A stretch of DNA of 44,872 bases, from positions 1 to 44,872 of the forward strand of contig URGF01000001.1 of assembly GCA_900547285.1 (NCBI GenBank), in the 5' to 3' direction. This DNA is from an uncultured Collinsella sp. Its GTDB lineage: Bacteria; Actinomycetota; Coriobacteriia; Coriobacteriales; Coriobacteriaceae. Of the stretch, positions 18,085-26,722 are shown one piece after another (within the stretch, counting starts at the first letter, position 1; every line of letters begins with the position of its first letter). The position numbers and the translations under genes were made by a program. Below the pieces are notes generated by a model, which saw nothing but the letters and a program-made list of their open reading frames with translations, searched no databases and was not told the origin of the DNA.

Positions 18085-21000
18085 TTACATCTGCTCGCGG
18101 CGCTTCTTTTGATCGAGGAAGACGCCGGCTGCCACGAGGACGGTACCGCCGATGACGAACGTCTCGCCGATGAGTCCCGCGCGGTCGCCGGTCTGGGCGA
18201 GGCTGCCGGGCTGGGCGGTATCCGTGCCGGCGAGGTGCTTCGGGGTGTATGCCGCCTGCTGCTTTGCGGCCTCCTCCGCCTCCTGTCGTGCAATTTCATC
18301 GGAAAGCTTCTGTTCCGCTGCGATGCGGTTGGACTTCGCCAACTCGTAGGCGGCGAGTGCCGCATCATAGCCGGGCTGGAGCCCGTCCACCGCGGCCTGC
18401 TTCTCGTCCAGGATAGCCTTGGCGGGCGCGACCTTGGCACGTGCCTCGACTGCTGCGGCGAAAAGCGCGTTGAGGGCGTCATCCGCGTTCGCGTCATGAC
18501 CGGAAGCGATCGCCGCGCCGGCATCGATGGAGTTCAGCTTCGACAGCTTGGCGTCTGCCTGCGCCTTTGTCTGCTCGGCGGCAGAGACCAGGGACTCGGC
18601 GGCGATGGCATCCGCCTTCGCGGCATCGAGCGCGGCCTTGGTGTCATTGACGGCCTTTACTGCATCCTGCTCACGCTGCTGTGCCTCTGCGAGCTTCGCG
18701 GCAAGACCGGTGAGGATGTCGAGGTTCGACTGTACGCCCACAAGATCGGTCTGGGAGCCGGTGAGCTTGTCGGCGGCAACGCCGGTGTCGGCCTTTGCGG
18801 CATCGACGGCACGCTGGGCATCCGCGAGGGCGCGTGCGGTGGCGTCTGCCTTTTGCTCGGCGGCGGCGAGGACGGTCGCCTCCTCGACCTGATCGGCTGT
18901 CGCCGCGTCATGGACGCTCTTTGCGGTATCGAGCGCCTTCTTGGCGTCGGCGACGTCCTGGAAGAACTTCGCGAGGTCCGCGTTCGCATCCGTAATGCCC
19001 TGCTGCTTGGATACGGTGTCCGCTTTGGCGGAATCCAACTTAGACTGTGCGGCCGTTACGGCTGCGTTGGCGGCATCAAAGGCGACCTGCTTCTGCTGGA
19101 CGGTCGACTTTGCCGTATCGACGGCTACGTTGGCGGCATCGAGGTCCGATTTCGCCGCATCAAGCTCGGTCTGGGCATCCGTGACGCCCTGCTGCTTGGC
19201 GGCGACATCAGCCTTGGCTACATCGACGGCACGCTGGGCATCGGTGACATCCTGCTTCGCGGCATCGACACCTGTCTGTGCGGCATCGAAGGCATCCTGC
19301 TTCTGCTGGACGGTTGCTGCGGCGCCGGCGGCTGCCTGCTGCTTGGCTACGAGATCGGCCTTGGCTGCGTCGAGTGCGCTCTTGGCGTTCTTCAGGCCGT
19401 TGATGTAGGAGGTCAGCTTCTGCTCGTACTCGTCGACGGAGATGGCTCCGGTATTCCAGCCCGAACCGGCCCAACCGCCGTATTGCAGCGTGAGCGAGAA
19501 CGTCAAACGGGTGTCATCGTTCAGACCGCATCCCATGACAGCATAGTCAGGGTTGATGATGTTCATGTAATGACCGATACGGTAGTAATCGAACTTGTCC
19601 TGGTTGGCGTACCAGAAGTCGTAGGCGTCCTTTCCGGAAAGATTCGTCGCACCAAGGGATGCTGCAGTCTTGTCAAACAGATCCTTTTCCTGATAGATCC
19701 AGGCCTTGCAGGGGTCGCGATAGCTCCAGGCAAGGTTTTCACCGACATCGAACTGCTGGGCATGCTCTACATTTTTTGTCGAATAGTTTGCATCTGCAAT
19801 CGCTGCCGCAATGAGCTTATAGCTTACCTCAAGCTCGGAAAGGCCGACGGACTTACGGTAGGCGTTCACGTTCTTCATGACCGTGATGGACGAAAGCATG
19901 TTTTCAAGGCCCGTTGCGTCGAGACTGTTTCCGATCTCGGTGTAGTCTTTGTACGTGCAGTTCTGGATGATCTCGATGGCTGAATCGGCACCCATGGCCT
20001 TGAAGAAACCGATGGCTCCCTGCTTGAGCTGCGCGCCTGCGAGATCCACCTTCGTTTGTGCCTCGTCGACCTTCTGCTGGGCGGCGGTCACGGCCGCGTC
20101 TGCGGTATCCTTTGCGGTCTTGGCGTTCGCGAGCTCTACGTCTGCGGCTGCCTTGGCGGACTCGGCGTCCTTGACAGCCTGCTTCGCGGCGTCCAGCTTG
20201 GCGACGGCGTCGGCATTCGCCTGCTTGGCCGCATCGAGGTCGGCGTTCGCGGCATCGAGGGCGGACTGGGCGGCGTTCACACCGGATTCGGCATCGGCCG
20301 CGGCCTGCTGCTTTACGGAGAGGGACGCCTGGGCATCATTCAGCTCGGTCTGTGCCGTTGCTGCAGCGGACTGCGCCTGCTCGAGCTCGGACTCGCACTG
20401 GGACTGCACCGCTCGTGCGACAGCGAGGGCTGCCTCTGCGTCCGCGACCTTCTGTTTTGCCGCATCGTACTCCGGGCCGCTGGCGCCTGCCTCCGCTGCG
20501 GCGAGGTCGGCTTTCGCCTTCTCGTAGGCGGCGCTGGCGGCTGCGGCCTTCGCATCCGCCGCGTCCTTGTTCTGCTTGGCTGCAGCGAGGACGAAATCGG
20601 CGGAATCCTTTGCAGACTGGGCCGCAACCAGCTTGGACTGGGCATCGGCAAGCGTCGCGTTGGCGTTGGCGAGATTGGCCTGTGCCCTGTCCACGGCAGC
20701 CTGGGCGTCGCGCACGGCCTGCTCGGCGGCACTGATTGCCTCCGGGGTGGCGCTTACGGCATCTGCCTTGGCTTTATCGAGGGCGTCCTTGGCATCCTGG
20801 GCCACCTTGAGGGCGGACTGGTACGCTTCGTCCTTCTCGGACGCATCCGCCTTGGCGTCTGCGAGACCCGCCTTCGCCTGCTCGAGGTCCTTGCCGGCGG
20901 CATCGGCGGCGTCCTTGCCCTCCGCGACCTGACGGGCGTACTCGTCCATCGCCGCACGGTCGGCTGCCGCGCCGGCGCTGACCGCCGAATCGTAGGATGC

Positions 21001-21384
21001 CTTGGCCTGGTCGCGGGCGGAAGCCGCCTCGTTGTAGGGACCGGCAGCCTCATCGTAGGATGCCTTGGCGGCGTCCTCCTTCGCCTTCGCCTCGTCGACT
21101 GCCTTCTGCAGGTCCGCGATGGTCTGTGCGGCGGATTTCGCGCCGGTACCGGATGCCGCGCCGGCGTGGGCGGCGATCGGCGACATCACGGCGGGGTGCT
21201 GCGTGCCCCCGTCACCGGTCTGGGCGAATGCCGCGAACGGTGAGATGAGGCTCGATCCGGTCATGGCGACCATGGTCGCCGCGGTGACGGTCAGACGCGC
21301 GATCCCCTTCGAAGTGTGAATCTTTTTGCTTGGCAGTGCGGCGAAGTGATCGCCACCGGCAGCGAAATGCTTTCCCTGAGTCAT
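18085..21384 (-). CDS. Sortase-anchored surface protein: coiled coil / CAP (SCP) domain / coiled coil
   Basis: Signal peptide; Ala-rich heptads; CAP motifs VNAYRKSVGL, GENLAW, GHYMNII; C-terminal LAQTG, hydrophobic stretch and KKRR. Confidence 0.88.
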   Translation of the reverse strand: MTQGKHFAAGGDHFAALPSKKIHTSKGIARLTVTAATMVAMTGSSLISPFAAFAQTGDGGTQHPAVMSPIAAHAGAASGTGAKSAAQTIADLQKAVDEAKAKEDAAKASYDEAAGPYNEAASARDQAKASYDSAVSAGAAADRAAMDEYARQVAEGKDAADAAGKDLEQAKAGLADAKADASEKDEAYQSALKVAQDAKDALDKAKADAVSATPEAISAAEQAVRDAQAAVDRAQANLANANATLADAQSKLVAAQSAKDSADFVLAAAKQNKDAADAKAAAASAAYEKAKADLAAAEAGASGPEYDAAKQKVADAEAALAVARAVQSQCESELEQAQSAAATAQTELNDAQASLSVKQQAAADAESGVNAAQSALDAANADLDAAKQANADAVAKLDAAKQAVKDAESAKAAADVELANAKTAKDTADAAVTAAQQKVDEAQTKVDLAGAQLKQGAIGFFKAMGADSAIEIIQNCTYKDYTEIGNSLDATGLENMLSSITVMKNVNAYRKSVGLSELEVSYKLIAAAIADANYSTKNVEHAQQFDVGENLAWSYRDPCKAWIYQEKDLFDKTAASLGATNLSGKDAYDFWYANQDKFDYYRIGHYMNIINPDYAVMGCGLNDDTRLTFSLTLQYGGWAGSGWNTGAISVDEYEQKLTSYINGLKNAKSALDAAKADLVAKQQAAAGAAATVQQKQDAFDAAQTGVDAAKQDVTDAQRAVDVAKADVAAKQQGVTDAQTELDAAKSDLDAANVAVDTAKSTVQQKQVAFDAANAAVTAAQSKLDSAKADTVSKQQGITDANADLAKFFQDVADAKKALDTAKSVHDAATADQVEEATVLAAAEQKADATARALADAQRAVDAAKADTGVAADKLTGSQTDLVGVQSNLDILTGLAAKLAEAQQREQDAVKAVNDTKAALDAAKADAIAAESLVSAAEQTKAQADAKLSKLNSIDAGAAIASGHDANADDALNALFAAAVEARAKVAPAKAILDEKQAAVDGLQPGYDAALAAYELAKSNRIAAEQKLSDEIARQEAEEAAKQQAAYTPKHLAGTDTAQPGSLAQTGDRAGLIGETFVIGGTVLVAAGVFLDQKKRREQM

Positions 21385-21523
21385 TGTGCTGTTCCATTCC
21401 TTTTCCGTGCCCTATCCGACTGGGCATCAGAGTGCTTTCCAATAGAGATAATTATGCGCCTTAACTGGGATTGTTGTATATAGTCCGTTGGCATAAATAC
21501 AACAATCCATGACTCTTTTTGTC

Positions 21524-21757
21524 ATGGATATCTCGCCGCTACAACAATCCTTTGGTCTACGCTGCAAAGAACTCAGATCAGAGTCTGGTTACTCACAAGA
21601 GCAATTTGCGAACCGCATTGACATGGACAGGTCTTACTACGCCTCGATAGAGGTCGGGCGAAGAAATGTCAGTCTTTCTAACCTCTCTAAAATTGCCAAT
21701 GGATTCAATATATCAATTGCTGCACTTATGACTGGTGTCACTGATAAAAAGGATTAG
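21524..21757 (+). CDS. XRE-family HTH transcriptional regulator
   Basis: FGLRCKELR...SQEQFA...DRSYYASIEVGRRNVSL; divergent from the surface-protein gene. Start 21509 or 21524. Confidence 0.88.
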   Translation: MDISPLQQSFGLRCKELRSESGYSQEQFANRIDMDRSYYASIEVGRRNVSLSNLSKIANGFNISIAALMTGVTDKKD

Positions 21758-21906
21758 TCCATCATCAGCGAACGCAGTGAGCGTGTCAATCGACGGCGTA
21801 GCCGGCGGCAAGGTCACGGCACGTGACCGCGCAGCGAGCTCTGCGAGCGAAGGGGACGGCATCGCCGTCCCTATTTCTTTATAAACTATTTCTCTATTAA
21901 TTGGTT

Positions 21907-22071
21907 TCACCAAACTGGGTATTACACAAGCTTCTGAGCAGGCTTTTTATCAAATAATTCAAAGCTACCGAATCATCAAAATGGTGAAATTATTTACCCA
22001 AAAGAGGGAAGCACATCACCAAAATGGAACCGACTAACAGCTGTTGAAAACTTTTATCCCCAAAATGGTGA
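21907..22071. repeat. Iteron-like array, five copies of a TCACCAAAATGGTGA consensus
   Basis: Copies start at 21907, 21973, 21995, 22016 and 22057; adjacent AT-rich tract at 21871-21902. Confidence 0.6.
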
Positions 22072-22200
22072 TTTCCTGTTTTCAGTGGAAAACTCGGGAA
22101 GTCATAATATTTACTTACCAGATTTACAAACGAAAGCGGTTCTTAGTCCCAAAACCAGAACAGGTCAGAAGCAAAAATAACTCCTGACCTGCGATTTTCC

Positions 22201-22276
22201 TGGTGCCCCCGGGCGGATTCGAACCGTCGACACCCGCTTTAGGAGAGCGGTGCTCTATCCCCTGAGCTACGGAGGC
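22201..22276 (-). tRNA. tRNA-Arg(CCT)
   Basis: Reverse complement folds as a cloverleaf: acceptor GCCTCCG/CGGGGGC plus ACCA, anticodon arm CCGCT-CTCCTAA-AGCGG, T loop GGTTCGAATCC. Confidence 0.97.
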
Positions 22277-22357
22277 ATGTTGTACTAGTGTAGCAGATTT
22301 ACGCCGTTGTAATACAGCGTATAGCCACTCTTCGAAGTTGCGATGGAACAGCCCTCC

Positions 22358-22555
22358 GGAAAGTGTGTCCCACTATCCAGGCAAATTCTGGGTCAAACTT
22401 TCCCAATGGGACCTCGCTGGAAACTGTGTCCCAGAATTTCGGCTCGAAACGGGACACAGTTTCCCAAACGACCCCGTTCCGGAAACTACATCCCGGAATC
22501 GGCGCTCGAACTGGGATGCACTTTCCCGATCGAGCCCCATGGGAAACTGCGTCCC
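22358..22555. repeat. Array of alternating inverted 14-15 bp REP-like units, period 61-62 bp
   Basis: GGAAA(C/G)TGTGTCCC-like units at 22358, 22419, 22481, 22542 and inverted copies at 22390, 22451, 22513. Confidence 0.8.
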
Positions 22556-22579
22556 ACTTTGGGGGGCGCTCTTTAATGA

Positions 22580-22978
22580 CTAGTTACCTTTGTGAAAGAG
22601 GTTTTTGATAACGGAGGGGATGCTCTTGGCGCCCTTGGCAGTCACATCGATAAAGTCGGGCGAACGCACGAGCTTATCCTCGTCGACGTACTTGCGGACA
22701 GCACGAAGCGTCTCTTTGTCGTCGCGCGTCGAAAACGTAAAGTGACCGTTGTCCTTGGTGAAGATGGCAAAACGCGTGATCTTCTTGGTGCCGCGTAAAA
22801 CCTCGGCGGCAATATAGTCGACCTCGTCCCACGGGATTTGAATATAATCCTCGGGATTGCGCTCGTTGTAATACTCGAACGCCTTATTGCCCACCATCAC
22901 GTTACCGTGGCTGGTAAGCCCCATCAGGCAGGTTGCCGGCGTTGCCAGATCGACCGTGCTGTTCTGAGATTGCGCCAT
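22580..22978 (-). CDS. manO: DUF956/ManO-family protein
   Basis: MAQSQN...GNVMVGNKAFEYYNERNPEDYIQIPW pattern; follows the mannose PTS genes; GGAGG SD. Confidence 0.8.
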   Translation of the reverse strand: MAQSQNSTVDLATPATCLMGLTSHGNVMVGNKAFEYYNERNPEDYIQIPWDEVDYIAAEVLRGTKKITRFAIFTKDNGHFTFSTRDDKETLRAVRKYVDEDKLVRSPDFIDVTAKGAKSIPSVIKNLFHKGN

Positions 22979-22995
22979 GCGCGCCTCGCCCTCCA

Positions 22996-23042
22996 AATAA
23001 AACAATCGGACCGCATCCAGTGTACCCACCGGGTGCGGTCCG
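22996..23042 (-). terminator. Hairpin plus T-rich tail between manZ and manO
   Basis: CGGACCGCACCC/GGATGCGGTCCG stem followed by ATTGTTTTATTT on the minus strand. Confidence 0.55.
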
Positions 23043-23098
23043 TTTCAATGGCTCAAAAGCCCTTGCCTAGCAATTCTCGGTCTTAAGCCGAAGCGTGC

Positions 23099-24019
23099 TT
23101 ACATGAAGCCGCAGAAGCGACCGATGATGCCGACGGCGAAGAGAGCCAGGATGATGACGATCGGGCTGACCTTCTTCTTGAGGAGCTTGCAGACCAGCAG
23201 GGTCAGGCACACGGCGGCAAGGCCGGGGATGAGCTGATCGAGGTTGGCCTGAAGCGTGGTGACCTTCATCTGATCAAGGGCGGTAGCACCGACGGAGTTG
23301 TACATCGTCAGCGCTTCCTTGATACCCTCGGAACCGGAGGGCAGGCTAGCCCAGTCGATAAAGGCGCCAGCAGACTGCTTGACCGTGGAGACGATCGGGG
23401 TGAAGGAAATGGACACCCAGCGCTCGACCAGGGCGCCGATGATGAACATACCCAGGATGGAAGCGCCCTCGGTGACCTTGCCCATCAGACCACCGGAGAG
23501 GTCCTTGGCGATGGAGGAGCCGACCTTGTAGCCAAACTCCTGCGTGTACCACAGGAAAGCGTAACGGATGATGTTCCACGCGAAGAAGAACAGCAGCGGA
23601 CCGACGATGCTGCCGGACATGGCCAGGGAAGCGCCCAGAGCGCCCAGAATCGGGCGAAGGGTGAACCAGAAGACGGGGTCGCCGACGCCGGCGAGCGGGC
23701 CCATCATACCGACCTTGACGCCCTGAATGGCGACGTCGTCAATCGGGGCACCGTTGGCGCGCTCCTCCTCGAGAGCGAGGGTAACGCCAATGACGGGGGC
23801 GGAAACATAGGGGTGGGTGTTATAGAACTCCAGGTGGCGCTTAAGAGCGGCAATCTGGTCATCCTTGCTGGTGTAGAGCTTCTTGATCGCAGGGATCATT
23901 GCGAAGCACCAGCCGCCGTTCTGCATACGCTCGTAGTTCCACGAGCCCTGAAGGAACTGATGACGGAAGCAAACCTTCTTGCGGTCAGCCTTGGTGAGCT
24001 GAATCTTGTTCTCTGCCAT
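23099..24019 (-). CDS. manZ: PTS mannose-family IID component
   Basis: QGSWNYERMQ, HLEFYNTHP and MMGPLAGVGDP motifs. Confidence 0.95.
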   Translation of the reverse strand: MAENKIQLTKADRKKVCFRHQFLQGSWNYERMQNGGWCFAMIPAIKKLYTSKDDQIAALKRHLEFYNTHPYVSAPVIGVTLALEEERANGAPIDDVAIQGVKVGMMGPLAGVGDPVFWFTLRPILGALGASLAMSGSIVGPLLFFFAWNIIRYAFLWYTQEFGYKVGSSIAKDLSGGLMGKVTEGASILGMFIIGALVERWVSISFTPIVSTVKQSAGAFIDWASLPSGSEGIKEALTMYNSVGATALDQMKVTTLQANLDQLIPGLAAVCLTLLVCKLLKKKVSPIVIILALFAVGIIGRFCGFM

Positions 24020-24035
24020 ATGTATCACTCCCCTC

Positions 24036-24854
24036 CTACTCGTAATCGTTCAGAATGTCGCCGAGCGGGTCGCCGGAGCCACCGCCCATGCCGCCACCCT
24101 GCTTGGCCAGATCCTTAAGGCCAAGGTAGATGAGGGCAAGGGAGATGCCGATGAGACCAAGGGCGATCAGCGTGAGCTGAGGGATGGCAGCAAGGACAAA
24201 GCCGAGGACGAAGAACGGCCAGGTCTCCTTGGTGGCCATCATGTTGATGACCATGGCGTAACCGACGGAAGCGACCATGCCGCCGCCGACAGCCATGCCG
24301 CCGGACAGCCAGTCGGGCATAGCGTTAAGCGCGTTGGTAACGGCCTCGGCCGGGATGACGCACAGAAGCACTGCCGGGATGGCGATACGAAGGCCCTGCA
24401 TGAGGATGGCAGCATACTGCCAGCGCTCGATGCCGGAGAAGTCGCCCTTCTCGGCGCAACCGTCCATGGCGTGAGCGATAGCGGTAGCAATGGTACGGCA
24501 GATCATGGTCAGGAACAGACCAGCGACCGACAGCGGGACGGCGACGGCGATAGCGGTGGTAACGGCCTTGGCCGAATCGGTGGCGCCACCGTTGAGGGCG
24601 AGCACCATGATGATCGAAGAAGCGACCGAGGCCAGAGCGGCGTCAGGCGCGACAGCGGCGCCGACGTTAGCCCAGCCAAGGGCCATCATCTGGAGCGAAC
24701 CGCCCAGGAGGATGCCCTCCTGAAGGTGACCGGTTACGAGACCGATAAGCGTGCATGCCACGAGCGGCTGATGGAACTGGAACTCATCCAAAATGCCTTC
24801 CATACCGGCAAGCAACGCGACAATCGCAACAAGCAGAATAGTGATTGCAGACAT
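24036..24854 (-). CDS. manY: PTS mannose-family IIC component
   Basis: LDEFQFHQPLVACTLIG and GWANVGAAVAPD motifs. Confidence 0.95.
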   Translation of the reverse strand: MSAITILLVAIVALLAGMEGILDEFQFHQPLVACTLIGLVTGHLQEGILLGGSLQMMALGWANVGAAVAPDAALASVASSIIMVLALNGGATDSAKAVTTAIAVAVPLSVAGLFLTMICRTIATAIAHAMDGCAEKGDFSGIERWQYAAILMQGLRIAIPAVLLCVIPAEAVTNALNAMPDWLSGGMAVGGGMVASVGYAMVINMMATKETWPFFVLGFVLAAIPQLTLIALGLIGISLALIYLGLKDLAKQGGGMGGGSGDPLGDILNDYE

Positions 24855-24872
24855 GTATCGGACCCTCCTTTA

Positions 24873-25862
24873 CTATGCTTGAGCGGCCAGTTCGGCCTTA
24901 GCTTTCTTCAACATGGCGTCGAGATCCTCGGAGGAATCCGAAGGAACCTTGCGGACCTCGAACTTGACGCCCTTGGCCTTGAGGGCCTCGAGAGTCTTGA
25001 CGTCGTCATCGCCCATAGCGACGGCGTTGGTGACGACGACCTTGCCCTTGGAGTGAGCCATGGAACCGATGTTGACTTCCTTGATGTCGACGCCGGCCTC
25101 GATGGCCTTGAGCAGATCCTGCGGGTTCTCAAAGAGCAGCATGGCCTTGGTGTCACCAAAGCGCGTGTCCTTGACGACCTCGGCCATCTTCTTGATGGGC
25201 ACGACGTTGGCATGGACTCCCGGAGGGGCAGCCTGCTCGATCATGGTCTTGCGGAGCTCGTCGTGAGCAACGCCGTCGGAAACCACGATGATGCGGTTGG
25301 GGTTGATCTGCTTGGTCCACGTGGTGGCCACCTGACCATGAAGCAGACGGGTGTCGATACGGACGTGGGCGATCTTGATGTGCCCATCGCCGATGACCGT
25401 TCCCGGAGGGATGGCGCCTGCAGGAGCAGCGGCGGCCGCAGCCGGCTTCTTCTCCTCGGGCTCCAGAGACTCGGGCTTGACACGCACGCCAGCCTTAGCC
25501 TCAGTCACGAGATGTTTTGCGATCGCATGTGCAGTGTTCTTTGCGTCAAAGCGCTGCGAATATGCCTCGATGAGCATAGGCAGGTTGACACCGGTGACGA
25601 TAGCCCAGGAATCGTGGCCCTCGATGAGCCCGCTGATCTGGTTGAACGGCGTGCCGCCCCACAGATCAACGAGGAAGAGCACCTGCTCCTGGTCTTCGAA
25701 GGAAGCGATTGCTTCCTCGACCTTGGCACGGAAGTCGTCGGGGCCCATGCTCGGCTCGAGCGAGACCACGGCAACAGACGGCTGATCGCCAAAGACCATC
25801 GAGCCCGTCTGCTTGATTCCAGCTGCCAAGTCCCCGTGGCTAGCAAGAACAATACTTACCAT
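24873..25862 (-). CDS. manX: PTS mannose-family IIAB component
   Basis: IIA motifs ASHG and DLWGGTPFN; Ala/Pro linker; IIB motif RIDTRLLHGQV. Start 25862 or 25865. Confidence 0.95.
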   Translation of the reverse strand: MVSIVLASHGDLAAGIKQTGSMVFGDQPSVAVVSLEPSMGPDDFRAKVEEAIASFEDQEQVLFLVDLWGGTPFNQISGLIEGHDSWAIVTGVNLPMLIEAYSQRFDAKNTAHAIAKHLVTEAKAGVRVKPESLEPEEKKPAAAAAAPAGAIPPGTVIGDGHIKIAHVRIDTRLLHGQVATTWTKQINPNRIIVVSDGVAHDELRKTMIEQAAPPGVHANVVPIKKMAEVVKDTRFGDTKAMLLFENPQDLLKAIEAGVDIKEVNIGSMAHSKGKVVVTNAVAMGDDDVKTLEALKAKGVKFEVRKVPSDSSEDLDAMLKKAKAELAAQA

Positions 25863-26267
25863 CACATAACCTCCTTTTTGTCTACGTATTTCCTACACGA
25901 CATGAAAGGAGTATAGCTGTTTGGTTTGTGGAATTATAGCTAAATCCGCAAAAGGTTGGATTATTTGTTTAAACGCCTAGGTTTGTTACAAGTTGATTAC
26001 GTTACTGCTTTTTGACTCATTACACGACAAGGCGTCGCTCATCAAGCCAAGCATTTTACAGATACAAGCAGGCTGTTCATTAATATCGATTTTAGGCAAG
26101 CGCGAATGCGCTTGTACTGCCGCTATTTTGTTTAAACAGACATGGCTTGACTATTTTCGTGACTTATGGTCTATGAAACCACTCAAAATAGTTGCGGTGG
26201 AATAGTTCTTGTTTAAGAGCCAGAAGGCTGGATTTAGGAACTATTTCACCGCAACTTATAGGGAATC

Positions 26268-26696
26268 CTAGGCGATGTGGAGGGGGTTGGCGGCGTCGAC
26301 GGCGTCGGGGACGTCGGAGAGGCCGTCAGGAGCAGCGTCTGCCGGGTCCTCGTCGGGGGTCTCGATCTGTTTGATCATGACCTCTTGGCCCTGCAGCAGG
26401 TATGTCTCGCCGCTACCGCAATGGGGACAGGTCTTGCCGTGCTCGACCGTCGCGTAGTCGCGGCCGCACGCCTCGCAATGTGTCACGGCCTCGACGGGCT
26501 CCACGATAAGCTCCGCGCCCTGCGCGATAGGCTTTTTATCTGCTGCCCAGCGCCAAGCGTCGAGTAGCAAGTCGGGAACGACGCCCGAGACCTCGCCCAG
26601 CAGCAGCGTGACGCTCGAAACGCGACGCACGCCATTGGCGCGCGCCACGTTCTCGACATCGCGAATGATGTGATAGACGATCCCCAATTCATGCAC
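26268..26696 (-). CDS. hypA: HypA-family nickel metallochaperone
   Basis: N-terminal MHE, GEVSGVVP, two CxxC motifs (CEAC, CPHC), GQE; acidic tail. Confidence 0.9.
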   Translation of the reverse strand: MHELGIVYHIIRDVENVARANGVRRVSSVTLLLGEVSGVVPDLLLDAWRWAADKKPIAQGAELIVEPVEAVTHCEACGRDYATVEHGKTCPHCGSGETYLLQGQEVMIKQIETPDEDPADAAPDGLSDVPDAVDAANPLHIA

Positions 26697-26722
26697 TTTT
26701 TCTTCCGCCGTTCCCGTTATGG

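Larger units (their letters stand above)
8083..22246. mobile_element. Integrative mobilizable element (IME) inserted in tRNA-Arg(CCT)
   Basis: Flanking 47-bp direct repeats; tyrosine integrase, Xis-like HTH, relaxase and MobC present; no T4SS or phage structural genes; several visibly AT-richer segments. Confidence 0.93.

Noticed and set aside
8083..22246. Prophage or self-transmissible ICE
   Set aside because: No terminase, capsid, tail, VirB4 or coupling-protein genes within the att boundaries.
22358..22555. Possible CRISPR array
   Set aside because: Repeats alternate in orientation, are only 14-15 bp and degenerate, and there are no cas genes in the window.
22338..22608. Three short overlapping ORFs
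   Set aside because: They are translations of the repeat array and lack an SD or coding bias.
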